From the NCBI GenBank assembly GCA_017462265.1, contig JAFTRN010000054.1:12068-76067 (forward strand): DNA of 64,000 bases. Direction: 5' to 3'. Under the pieces are notes generated by a model that ran no database searches, was not told the origin of the DNA, and saw only the letters and a list, made by a program, of their open reading frames with translations. Positions within the stretch are counted from its first letter, which is position 1. The number at the start of each line of letters is the position of its first letter. Positions 1 through 7,562 of this stretch are shown piece by piece. The position numbers were made by a program, and so were the translations under genes. This stretch comes from Coprobacter sp. (GTDB taxonomy: Bacteria; Bacteroidota; Bacteroidia; Bacteroidales; UBA11471).

Positions 1-605
1 AGACTTGGAGCAGCGCCGTACTGACCGAGTTTCCCGACGCCCGCACCAAGCAGAGTGCCGGCAACCTGCCCGATGGAACTGCCTATTTTGCTTGTAACCC
101 GGTGAATAATAAGTTGCGCAGCCCGCTCGCCCTCGTACTGAGTAAAGATGGCGACCTATTCGACACCGCCTACCTGTTGCGTGCCAACGACGAAATGCCT
201 ACATTGCGCTATTCCGGCTCGGCCAAACGTGCCGGATATCACTACCCCAAATCGATGGTATATAACAACTACCTGTACGTAGCATACGCCACCAACAAGG
301 AAGATGTGCAATATACCCGCGTACCGCTATCGTCGATTTCGCTCAACGGCGGTGCCAGTGGTATTGAAAGCATCGCTATCGATGGCGTGAAAGTATTTGC
401 CGCAGGTAAAGAGTTGCACATACAGCTCGCATCGGCATCAAGCATCGATGTGGAGGTATTTACCATCGCCGGTAATAAGGTACTCACTTTCGCTGCATAC
501 GGAAGCGAAGCGACACACGACATAAGCGCGCTCTCCACTGGTATGTATGTTGTGCGCGTGAAGACCACCCAAGGTGTGACATCGAGCGTAATACTCGCAA
601 AATAA
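1..605 (+). CDS. secreted protein, C-terminal fragment (5' end lies outside the window) ending in a T9SS C-terminal sorting domain
   Basis: The frame is open from base 3 with no stop before the listed GTG at 102, so the ORF enters from upstream. The last ~80 aa (IESIAIDGVKVFAAGKELHIQL...GMYVVRVKTTQGVTSSVILAK) look like a Bacteroidota T9SS CTD. Confidence 0.6.
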   Translation, partial: TWSSAVLTEFPDARTKQSAGNLPDGTAYFACNPVNNKLRSPLALVLSKDGDLFDTAYLLRANDEMPTLRYSGSAKRAGYHYPKSMVYNNYLYVAYATNKEDVQYTRVPLSSISLNGGASGIESIAIDGVKVFAAGKELHIQLASASSIDVEVFTIAGNKVLTFAAYGSEATHDISALSTGMYVVRVKTTQGVTSSVILAK

Positions 606-684
606 ACCATTTACATATACCCACCTATAACAATAGCGAGGCCACCCAATAGGGTTGCCTCGCTATTTGTGTTTGTATCGACTT

Positions 685-1668
685 TTATTTCTCGGGCGAT
701 TGCAAGAGTTGCAATGCCTCGTTACGAGTCTCGGCCGATATATCGATATATCCTACCGGGGTATTTTCTTTCTGTCCTTCATCGGACAAGATATATTCCA
801 AAAACGCGATAACCGCAGGATCGGTAGGGACACCCTTAGAGACCAGATAGAGATCACGTGCGGGCGGAGAGGGAAATTTTCCCAACGATATTGCCGTAAT
901 CAACGAATCCTTCGTCGCATAAAAATCCTCATCGGGCGATATCACGCCGTCCTCATCAGCATCGATCGGGACCACAAGTATATTCGGATTAGGCAGATGC
1001 GTCTCGTTGTCATAAACATATCCGATATTGTTCAATCCCACACCATATATATCTTTCTGTACGGCAGCCGCCACACCTGGGTCTCCAAATACGGCTGTAC
1101 CACCTAGGTCCTCTTGACGCTTACCGAACCACTTAGCCCAGGTCTCGGCCGCTCCACAAGCGTCAGAACGCGTATAAACTCGCAAGGGGGTAGTATCGTC
1201 AGTACCCAATACATCGCCCCAGGTTTTGGCCTCGCCGGTAATCCATATCTTTGTTGCATCGTCGCGAGTAATACCATGTTTCATTATCAAGTCGGCCACC
1301 GGATTGTTGCTATTGAATGTAGCTACCACGGCATCTTTGGCTACGGCAAAAGGCACAGCCCCCTGCTCTATCTCTCTCGGATAAATTTCACGCGACACCA
1401 TACCAAAATCTACAACTCCAGCCAAAGCGTCGGTCATACCCTTTCCGGCACCACCGGCCGACAAATCGATGCGCACACCAGGATTTTGTTTCTGAAATTC
1501 ATCGGCCCATTTCACGGCCAACGGATAGAGCGCGAAAGCACCCGACAAAGAGATATTGCCAGTCAGTCCGCCGTCGGTAGTCGGGCGACTGTTTCCGCCA
1601 CACGATACCATTCCACCGGCCATAGAGGCTATCAACATGACCGATACGATTTTTTGCATTTTTTTCAT
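685..1668 (-). CDS. pstS: PstS-family phosphate ABC transporter substrate-binding lipoprotein
   Basis: 327 aa with a lipoprotein signal (MAGGMVSCGG). Contains SGAFALYPLAVKWADEFQKQNPGVRIDLSAGGAGKGMTDALAGVVDFGMVSREI, typical of the PstS family. ATG checked at 1666-1668. Confidence 0.85.
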   Translation of the reverse strand: MKKMQKIVSVMLIASMAGGMVSCGGNSRPTTDGGLTGNISLSGAFALYPLAVKWADEFQKQNPGVRIDLSAGGAGKGMTDALAGVVDFGMVSREIYPREIEQGAVPFAVAKDAVVATFNSNNPVADLIMKHGITRDDATKIWITGEAKTWGDVLGTDDTTPLRVYTRSDACGAAETWAKWFGKRQEDLGGTAVFGDPGVAAAVQKDIYGVGLNNIGYVYDNETHLPNPNILVVPIDADEDGVISPDEDFYATKDSLITAISLGKFPSPPARDLYLVSKGVPTDPAVIAFLEYILSDEGQKENTPVGYIDISAETRNEALQLLQSPEK

Positions 1669-1682
1669 AAGACAAAGAATTT

Positions 1683-1870
1683 GTTTAAATTTTATTGTTG
1701 AGATTATTTAAGGGACATTTTGGATTGGATTTTCCATCTAAATGCGTAGGGAATAGCGGGCTATTTTCAAGTTTTTTGATGAAAAAGGCAACCAAAAGAA
1801 CCTTAAAGCCGTGACGTTGTTTTTTTGAAGCTGCAATAATTTTTCCAAGAAAATTTCAACCAACTTCTTA
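1683..1870 (-). repeat. intergenic repeat, copy A (between the porin stop codon and the pstS start)
   Basis: Aligns by eye with 3590-3813. Shared blocks are gtttaaattttatt, gagattatttaag, gggaatagcggg, tttgaagc.gtaataattttt.caagaaaattt and cttctta. Copy A carries a ~27-nt extra segment. It begins directly at the TAA stop of the upstream minus-strand gene. Confidence 0.7.
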
Positions 1871-2926
1871 GAAGATTGCAAATAGTTGTAATGCCAAATA
1901 GTTCACATTATCACTGCCCGAAATCAACTTATAAGTATAATTTGCTTGCAGGCGTATCCATTTTATAGGGCTATAATTCAGACCTACCGTAAAATCGCTT
2001 TCACGCGAGGAATCCAACGCTTTATCGCTCTTGAAATAATCATATTTGAGCAAAGGTTGAACTTGGGGGTGAACATAATATCCTACTACGGCATATACCC
2101 CCTCGCTTTTCGTGTCAGCTGTTTTTCCATAGAGGTATTCACTGCGCACAAGCCATTTATTATCTACCCATTGTGCGCCGGCCGCCACACGTTCACGGTC
2201 GATACTATATGTCGCACCCGATTTCTTGTATCGTCCGTAATAATACGATGCCGATAGTGTGAGCGACCGTAACGGATTAATATTCAGACGTCCTGAAAAA
2301 TCTTTCGCTTTATTATTATCGCTAATATTTATTCCGTTTCCATTGAAAACGCCTATCGCATAATCGACAATATTATATCCGTCACGAGGTAAGAATCCGC
2401 CATAGAGGCCGATACCTATATCACGACCATTGGCCGACATACCCGAGAGATCGGAATAATTACACAACTTGGATATAGCCATGGAATTATCTATCGTTTC
2501 GAGGGTTGTAGGCCCGTAAGTATTTTCCAACGAAAAGGGTATCTTGAACTCACCGACCTGCACATTGACGCGACGATCGATTTTCCAACGGACATAGGCG
2601 TCTAACACTTTAGGTGTGCCCGAAAACTCCAAAAACAATCTATAATCCACCTTTGTGGAAATATTCCCTTTGAAGTCGAGACGAGCCCGTCTCACATCGA
2701 AACTATTGGAGCCGCCATTCTTATCGGAATATTGGTATCTGAAATTTATAAACCCGGATATTCGGGGTAACTTCGATACTATTTTCTTCAATTTCGTAAT
2801 CTCTTTTTCGTTGGTCGATACCCGCTCTACCAACATCGTATCGGTCTGTGCCGATACCGTTCCTGCTGTCAATACGATTATCAACATGCAGGAAACAATC
2901 TTTTGCATAGGTTTCATAATTTTCAC
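1868..2926 (-). CDS. outer-membrane porin, phosphate-selective porin O/P-like
   Basis: 352 aa with a signal peptide (VLTAGTVSAQ) and beta-strand-rich alternating sequence ending in an aromatic residue (LALQLFAIF). Lies immediately upstream of pstS on the same strand. Confidence 0.7.
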   Translation of the reverse strand: MKIMKPMQKIVSCMLIIVLTAGTVSAQTDTMLVERVSTNEKEITKLKKIVSKLPRISGFINFRYQYSDKNGGSNSFDVRRARLDFKGNISTKVDYRLFLEFSGTPKVLDAYVRWKIDRRVNVQVGEFKIPFSLENTYGPTTLETIDNSMAISKLCNYSDLSGMSANGRDIGIGLYGGFLPRDGYNIVDYAIGVFNGNGINISDNNKAKDFSGRLNINPLRSLTLSASYYYGRYKKSGATYSIDRERVAAGAQWVDNKWLVRSEYLYGKTADTKSEGVYAVVGYYVHPQVQPLLKYDYFKSDKALDSSRESDFTVGLNYSPIKWIRLQANYTYKLISGSDNVNYLALQLFAIF

Positions 2927-3013
2927 GTTTTTAATCTACACCGCAAAGATGTAGATTAAAACACAAAAATAAGAAAAAAGAGGATTAAATTTTAGAAAAA
3001 TACGACAAATCGT

Positions 3014-3424
3014 TTACTCTATAAGACTTTTCAATGAAGTATTGCGCAGTATTGATTGTGCGCTTAGATAAACAGCCTCAAATGCTTTACGAATTTTACA
3101 AGCGGACTCGTCTTTACAAAATTCGCAAGGTTGATACATTTTATCACAGAAACAAGTAATCATGCAGAGAGAGCCTTCAAATTCGAGTACTATCTCTTCA
3201 AGTGATATATCAGTGGGACGCTTTATCAAGAAATACCCCCCGGCTTTTCCACGAGTACTATCCAGCCAACCTTTATTCTTGAGCTGCAACAAGATACCTT
3301 CTAAGAAACGTTGAGGTATCTTTTCTGTTTTAGCTATTTGGCTGATAGGAACCGAGCCTTTACCATAGGCTCGAGCCAATGCCGAAAGAGCCAACATCGC
3401 ATATCGTGTTTTCTTGGATAGCAT
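3014..3424 (-). CDS. Rrf2-family transcriptional regulator with a Cys-rich C-terminal half
   Basis: N-terminus MLSKKTRYAMLALSALARAYGKGSVPISQIAKTEKIPQRFLEGILLQLKNKGWLDSTRGKAGGY is a classic Rrf2 wHTH. It is followed by CMITCFCDKMYQPCEFCKDESAC. Confidence 0.85.
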   Translation of the reverse strand: MLSKKTRYAMLALSALARAYGKGSVPISQIAKTEKIPQRFLEGILLQLKNKGWLDSTRGKAGGYFLIKRPTDISLEEIVLEFEGSLCMITCFCDKMYQPCEFCKDESACKIRKAFEAVYLSAQSILRNTSLKSLIE

Positions 3425-3487
3425 ATTAGGTTGTATATATATGAGTGAGTATTAAGTGTCTTATTATTCGTATTATCTATTCATGTG

Positions 3488-3495
3488 CAAAGATA
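3488..3495 (-). promoter_or_regulatory. Bacteroidota -7 promoter motif (TATCTTTG on the minus strand) upstream of the Rrf2 gene
   Basis: caaagata on the plus strand is TATCTTTG (TAnnTTTG) on the minus strand. It lies ~64 nt upstream of the ATG at 3424. Confidence 0.45.
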
Positions 3496-3589
3496 ATAAA
3501 AAAAATCACATATTTTATCATCGGCTCTATCCCGGAACAAATCCCCACAAAACAAATGTAGTTAAATTACAAACAAAATTAAGAAGCTG

Positions 3590-3813
3590 TTTAAATTTTA
3601 TTTTTAGAAGATAGACTACACTCGCTGTGCAATTTGTAAACAAGTTTACATTGCGCTCGTTGGCACTATCTTTCGAGATTATTTAAGAGGTATTTGGGAA
3701 TGGATTTTTTGTCAAAATGCACCGGGAATAGCGGGCAAATAGTTTTAAAGAAGCCGAAACTTTGTTTTTGAAGCCGTAATAATTTTTTCAAGAAAATTTT
3801 AAACGCCTTCTTA
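3590..3813 (-). repeat. intergenic repeat, copy B (downstream of the DUF695-like gene), interrupted by a ~70-nt insert
   Basis: Same blocks as copy A. The 14-nt block gtttaaattttatt (3590-3603) is separated from gagattattta (3675-) by ~71 nt, versus 3 nt in copy A. It also begins directly at a TAA stop codon. Confidence 0.65.
3635..3650. promoter_or_regulatory. perfect palindrome TGTAAAC-AA-GTTTACA, a possible operator
   Basis: Read directly from the sequence. It lies inside the insert that splits repeat copy B, ~210 nt upstream of the Rrf2 regulator start. Confidence 0.25.
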
Positions 3814-4269
3814 GTCGTCGCCATGGGTGTCGTAGCAGGCACTGTCTTTGCATAGGGAGCACATCTCACGGTACTCGTTCCAATCGGCGTCTTTCTCGGT
3901 ATAAATCGTGATAGGCAACAAATCGAACGGTGCCAGCGCTGTATTCAATCGCTCACCGAAAGCCGGGATATTACGCGTGTAAAATACCCACGTGCGCACA
4001 CCATCGCCGGTATATATGCCGGTGAGAATGGAGAGTTTATCTTTTTCCATCGCTTTTTTCAAAGCCTCTTGCGGCCCTTCCATCGCTTGAGCCTCTTGTT
4101 CCGTGGGCATACCCGCACCATCGCCGGTATAGGTCCAGGTAATCTCTACCCGCTCACGCAATTTGCCCGATGTCATAAAATCGTCTATTTCGTCGCGACC
4201 ACATACAATTATCGTAGCTCCGCTTTCACTCTCGGTTATTGCCGTAAACCAATTATCTGATAGTCTCAT
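3811..4269 (-). CDS. DUF695-like protein of unknown function
   Basis: 152 aa. MRLSDNWFTAITESESGATIIVCGRDEIDDF...VEITWTY...LSILTGIYTGDGVRTWVFYTR resembles DUF695-family proteins as I remember them. ATG checked. Confidence 0.5.
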   Translation of the reverse strand: MRLSDNWFTAITESESGATIIVCGRDEIDDFMTSGKLRERVEITWTYTGDGAGMPTEQEAQAMEGPQEALKKAMEKDKLSILTGIYTGDGVRTWVFYTRNIPAFGERLNTALAPFDLLPITIYTEKDADWNEYREMCSLCKDSACYDTHGDD

Positions 4270-4292
4270 ATCTCAATGATTTTTTCTTGTCT

Positions 4293-4300
4293 CAAAGATA
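4293..4300 (-). promoter_or_regulatory. -7 promoter motif (TATCTTTG on the minus strand) upstream of the DUF695-like gene
   Basis: caaagata lies 24 nt upstream of the ATG at 4269. Confidence 0.4.
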
Positions 4301-4330
4301 ATGCTTTTTCGGGAAATTCAAAACAGCATC

Positions 4331-5026
4331 TTATATCAGCCCCAAAAGGCGCAAAATAGTAGGGGTTAAAAGGGCGGTAAATATTCCGTTGAGCGTCAGG
4401 CCCAAGCCGGCATACGCACCGTATTTCTCACCCACCTCCATCGCTGCCGACGTTCCAACCGCGTGCGAGGCCGTACCCATGGAGAGGCCCTGAGCGATAG
4501 GACTTTTTACACGGCCGAGCGAGAGTACCCGAAAGCCAAACATCGCACCAAATATACCTACGCACACCACCACGGCCGCCGTGAGCGAGGGTATGCCCCC
4601 TACCGCTTGCGTTATCTCCATGGCAATAGGCGTAGTGACCGATTTGGAGGCCATCGATATTATCACCTCGCGTGTTGCGCCAAACAGCCGGGCCACCAAC
4701 ACCACCGACAATATGCCCACCACACACCCCGCCAACTGCGAGATAAGTATAGGCCATAGCTGTTTTTTTATCGTTTCGAGCTGTAAATAGAGCGGTACAC
4801 CCAAGGCCACAACGGCCGGTTTCAGCCAGAACTCTATCATCTGCCCGCCTTGCTCATAGGTCTCGTAACTGATACCCGTAAAACGCAGGAACAATATCAG
4901 CGCTACGATGGTCAATAATATGGGATTCAAGAGTATAAATCCCGTTCTCCGCTGCAACTCTTTCGCTCCGAAAAAGAGGAGAAAGGTCAGCGCTATCAAG
5001 AAGAATTTATTTTCTACGAAGTCCAT
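4331..5026 (-). CDS. lrgB: LrgB/CidB-family membrane protein
   Basis: 231 aa, polytopic. Contains SKSVTTPIAMEI and GLSMGTASHAVGTSAA, which are typical of LrgB. Overlaps the upstream lrgA-like gene by 20 nt. Confidence 0.85.
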   Translation of the reverse strand: MDFVENKFFLIALTFLLFFGAKELQRRTGFILLNPILLTIVALILFLRFTGISYETYEQGGQMIEFWLKPAVVALGVPLYLQLETIKKQLWPILISQLAGCVVGILSVVLVARLFGATREVIISMASKSVTTPIAMEITQAVGGIPSLTAAVVVCVGIFGAMFGFRVLSLGRVKSPIAQGLSMGTASHAVGTSAAMEVGEKYGAYAGLGLTLNGIFTALLTPTILRLLGLI

Positions 5027-5360
5027 GTGATTTACGTGCCAATTGATGTGTCCAACCTGTGACGACCAATACCAATATAGTGCTTACCACCGTGGCCACG
5101 GCTATCGGCAGAAATTGAGCCTCGATAAGATCGAAATAGAGCATCAAGGCCACTCCCGGCGGTACAAAAAAGAATCCGAGATTGGAAACCAGAAAATCGG
5201 AAATACCTCGCACCCAATGCAGTTTCACCCACCCCAATTTCAGGAATAGGGTAAGTAACAGCATACCGATAATACTCGCTGGCAATTTTATGCCGGTGAG
5301 CCACACGACCAGCTCACCCAACGCCAAACAAGAAAATAATACCGCACATTGTCGTATCAT
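5007..5360 (-). CDS. lrgA: CidA/LrgA-family holin-like membrane protein
   Basis: 117 aa with four hydrophobic segments (LGELVVWLTGIKLPASIIGMLLL...FFFVPPGVALM), paired with lrgB. Confidence 0.8.
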   Translation of the reverse strand: MIRQCAVLFSCLALGELVVWLTGIKLPASIIGMLLLTLFLKLGWVKLHWVRGISDFLVSNLGFFFVPPGVALMLYFDLIEAQFLPIAVATVVSTILVLVVTGWTHQLARKSHGLRRK

Positions 5361-5382
5361 AGTCGAAAGTTTTTTTGTGGTG

Positions 5383-5390
5383 CAAATGTA
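5383..5390 (-). promoter_or_regulatory. -7 promoter motif (TACATTTG on the minus strand) upstream of lrgA
   Basis: caaatgta lies 23 nt upstream of the ATG at 5360. Confidence 0.4.
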
Positions 5391-5465
5391 CGAAAATACT
5401 ATAAATTTCAGAAGAAAGTAGATTTTATCGGGGGTGAAAAGAGGTACTGAATAGAAGTTTTTTAC

Positions 5466-5473
5466 TATCTTTG
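5466..5473 (+). promoter_or_regulatory. -7 promoter motif TATCTTTG upstream of the steroid-reductase cluster
   Basis: Exact TAnnTTTG match 75 nt upstream of the ATG at 5548. Confidence 0.45.
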
Positions 5474-5547
5474 CAAGATTGTTTGCGTCAGCCTATTAAT
5501 AGCGATGTAAACAATTTCTAATATCAACCGATAAAAAACAGAAATAT

Positions 5548-6318
5548 ATGATAGAGATGTCGATAGAGCGTTTCAACGCTTTTCTATGGATTATGAGCGG
5601 CATAGCCGTGGTGGTATTTATCGCACTATATTTTGTGAAAGCCGGGTATGGTATGTTTCGCGACAACCGTTGGGGACTTGCCATCAACAACAAGGTGGCT
5701 TGGGTATTGATGGAGGCCCCGGTATTCATCGTCATGTGCATTTTGTGGTGGAACTCGGCCCGACGTTTCGAGATGGTACCGCTTATCTGCTTTCTGCTGT
5801 TCCAACTGCACTATTTTCAACGCTCTTTTGTGTTCCCTTTCCTGATGAAAGGCAAAAGCCGTATGCCTATCGTCATCATGCTGATGGGTATCACGTTCAA
5901 CGTGTTGAACGGATTTATGCAAGGTGAATGGCTTTTCTATCTCGCCCCCGAGGGATTATACAGCACGGCCTGGCTCACTACCCCGCAATTTATCATAGGT
6001 GTAGTGCTTTTCTTCATAGGTATGGCTATAAATCTGCACTCCGACAACGTGATACGCCACCTGCGTAAGCCGGGCGACACACGTCACTACCTCCCTGCAA
6101 AAGGTATGTACCGATACGTTACATCGGCCAATTATTTCGGTGAGATAGTAGAGTGGACTGGATTTGCAATACTCACTTGGTCGGCTGCCGGAGTGGTATT
6201 TGTATGGTGGACATTTGCCAACCTCGTGCCACGTGCCAATGCCATATATCACCGCTACCAAGTCGAGTTTGGCGATGCCATGGGCAGTCGCAAACGCATA
6301 TTCCCCTTTATCTATTAA
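5548..6318 (+). CDS. 3-oxo-5-alpha-steroid 4-dehydrogenase (steroid 5-alpha-reductase) family membrane protein
   Basis: 256 aa, polytopic. The C-terminal HSDNVIRHLRKPGDTRHYLPAKGMYRYVTSANYFGEIVEWTGFAI matches the conserved NYFGE..EW region of the SRD5A/DUF1295 family. Confidence 0.8.
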   Translation: MIEMSIERFNAFLWIMSGIAVVVFIALYFVKAGYGMFRDNRWGLAINNKVAWVLMEAPVFIVMCILWWNSARRFEMVPLICFLLFQLHYFQRSFVFPFLMKGKSRMPIVIMLMGITFNVLNGFMQGEWLFYLAPEGLYSTAWLTTPQFIIGVVLFFIGMAINLHSDNVIRHLRKPGDTRHYLPAKGMYRYVTSANYFGEIVEWTGFAILTWSAAGVVFVWWTFANLVPRANAIYHRYQVEFGDAMGSRKRIFPFIY

Positions 6319-6340
6319 ACAAATTCTAACACACTATATT

Positions 6341-7558
6341 ATGGACTCTAAACTCTTCACCCCCGTAACCATCGGTCCGCTCACATTACGGAACCGCACC
6401 ATACGGTCGGCCGCATTCGAAAGTATGTGTCCCGGCAATGTGCCGTCGAAAGAACTGCACGCCTATCACAAATCGGTAGCCGATGGCGGTGTGGGTATGA
6501 CCACTATCGCATACGCCGCCGTGTGCCAAAGCGGTCTATCGTTTGACCGACAACTGTGGATGCGCCCCGAAATAGTTCCGGGACTGCGCGAAATCACCGA
6601 CGATATACACCGCTCGGGTGCTGCCGTATCGATACAACTCGGCCACTGCGGAAATATGTCGCACAAAAAGATATGCGGTGTAACGCCTATCTCGGCCTCT
6701 ACCGGATTTAATATGTACTCGCCCACCTTTGTGCGCGGTATGAAGAAAGAGGAGTTGCCCGAAATGGCTAAAAACTTCGGACAAGCCGTAAACTTAGCTC
6801 GCGAGGCCGGTTTCGACGCCGTAGAGATACATGCCGGACACGGGTATCTCATAAGCCAATTTTTGTCGCCCTATACCAATCATCGCAAAGACGAGTTCGG
6901 CGGTTCGCTCGAGAATCGCATGAAATTTATGGATATGTGTATGGAAGAGGTGATGAAAGCCGCCGGAAACGATATGGCCGTATTTGTGAAAATGAATATG
7001 CGCGACGGATTCAAGAGCGGTATGGACATCGATGAATCACTGCAAGTAGCCAAACGATTGGAACAATCGGGCGCACACGCGCTTGTGTTGAGTGGAGGCT
7101 TTGTGAGCAAAGCCCCGATGTATGTGATGCGTGGCGCCATGCCTATCAAGACCATGACACATTACATGGACTGTTGGTGGCTGAAATATGGCGTGAAATT
7201 GGCCGGCCGTATGATGGTGCCTACCGTACCTTTCACCGAAGCCTATTTCCTCGAAGACGCCTTGAAGTTCAGAGCCGCGCTGAAAATGCCGTTAGTGTAT
7301 GTCGGTGGTCTCATCTCGCATGAGAAAATCGACGAAGTACTGAACGACGGCTTCGAATGTGTGCAAATGGGACGCGCCCTGCTCAACGAACCGGGATTTG
7401 TAAACCGCATGGCTCGTGAGGAAAATGCTCGTAACGCTTGCGGACACAGCAATTACTGCATAGGCCGTATGTACACACTCGATATGAAGTGTCACCACAC
7501 CGTCGATGGATTGCCCGCCTGCCTGAAAAAAGAGATTTCCAAACTTGAGTTTAAATAA
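6341..7558 (+). CDS. NADH:flavin oxidoreductase, old-yellow-enzyme (OYE) family
   Basis: The ATG at 6341 gives MDSKLFTPVTIGPLTLRNRTIRSAAFE, and FDAVEIHAGHGYLISQFLSPYTNHRKDEFGGSLENR is the OYE signature. The track ORF starts at 6164, but that extension overlaps the previous gene. Confidence 0.8.
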   Translation: MDSKLFTPVTIGPLTLRNRTIRSAAFESMCPGNVPSKELHAYHKSVADGGVGMTTIAYAAVCQSGLSFDRQLWMRPEIVPGLREITDDIHRSGAAVSIQLGHCGNMSHKKICGVTPISASTGFNMYSPTFVRGMKKEELPEMAKNFGQAVNLAREAGFDAVEIHAGHGYLISQFLSPYTNHRKDEFGGSLENRMKFMDMCMEEVMKAAGNDMAVFVKMNMRDGFKSGMDIDESLQVAKRLEQSGAHALVLSGGFVSKAPMYVMRGAMPIKTMTHYMDCWWLKYGVKLAGRMMVPTVPFTEAYFLEDALKFRAALKMPLVYVGGLISHEKIDEVLNDGFECVQMGRALLNEPGFVNRMAREENARNACGHSNYCIGRMYTLDMKCHHTVDGLPACLKKEISKLEFK

Positions 7559-7562
7559 CCCT

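Noticed and set aside
3666-3869. A 67-aa minus-strand ORF running through repeat copy B.
   Set aside because: The other repeat copy does not preserve the reading frame because of indels. The ORF also overlaps the 3' end of the DUF695-like gene.
4428-4790. Gly/His/Arg-rich ORFs (69-109 aa) overlapping lrgB in other frames.
   Set aside because: These are off-frame artefacts within a confidently assigned membrane-protein gene.
6164-6340. The N-terminal extension of the OYE ORF in the track (start at 6164).
   Set aside because: The extension overlaps the last 155 nt of the 5-alpha-reductase gene. The ATG at 6341 gives the conserved OYE N-terminus (FTPVTIGPLTLRNR).
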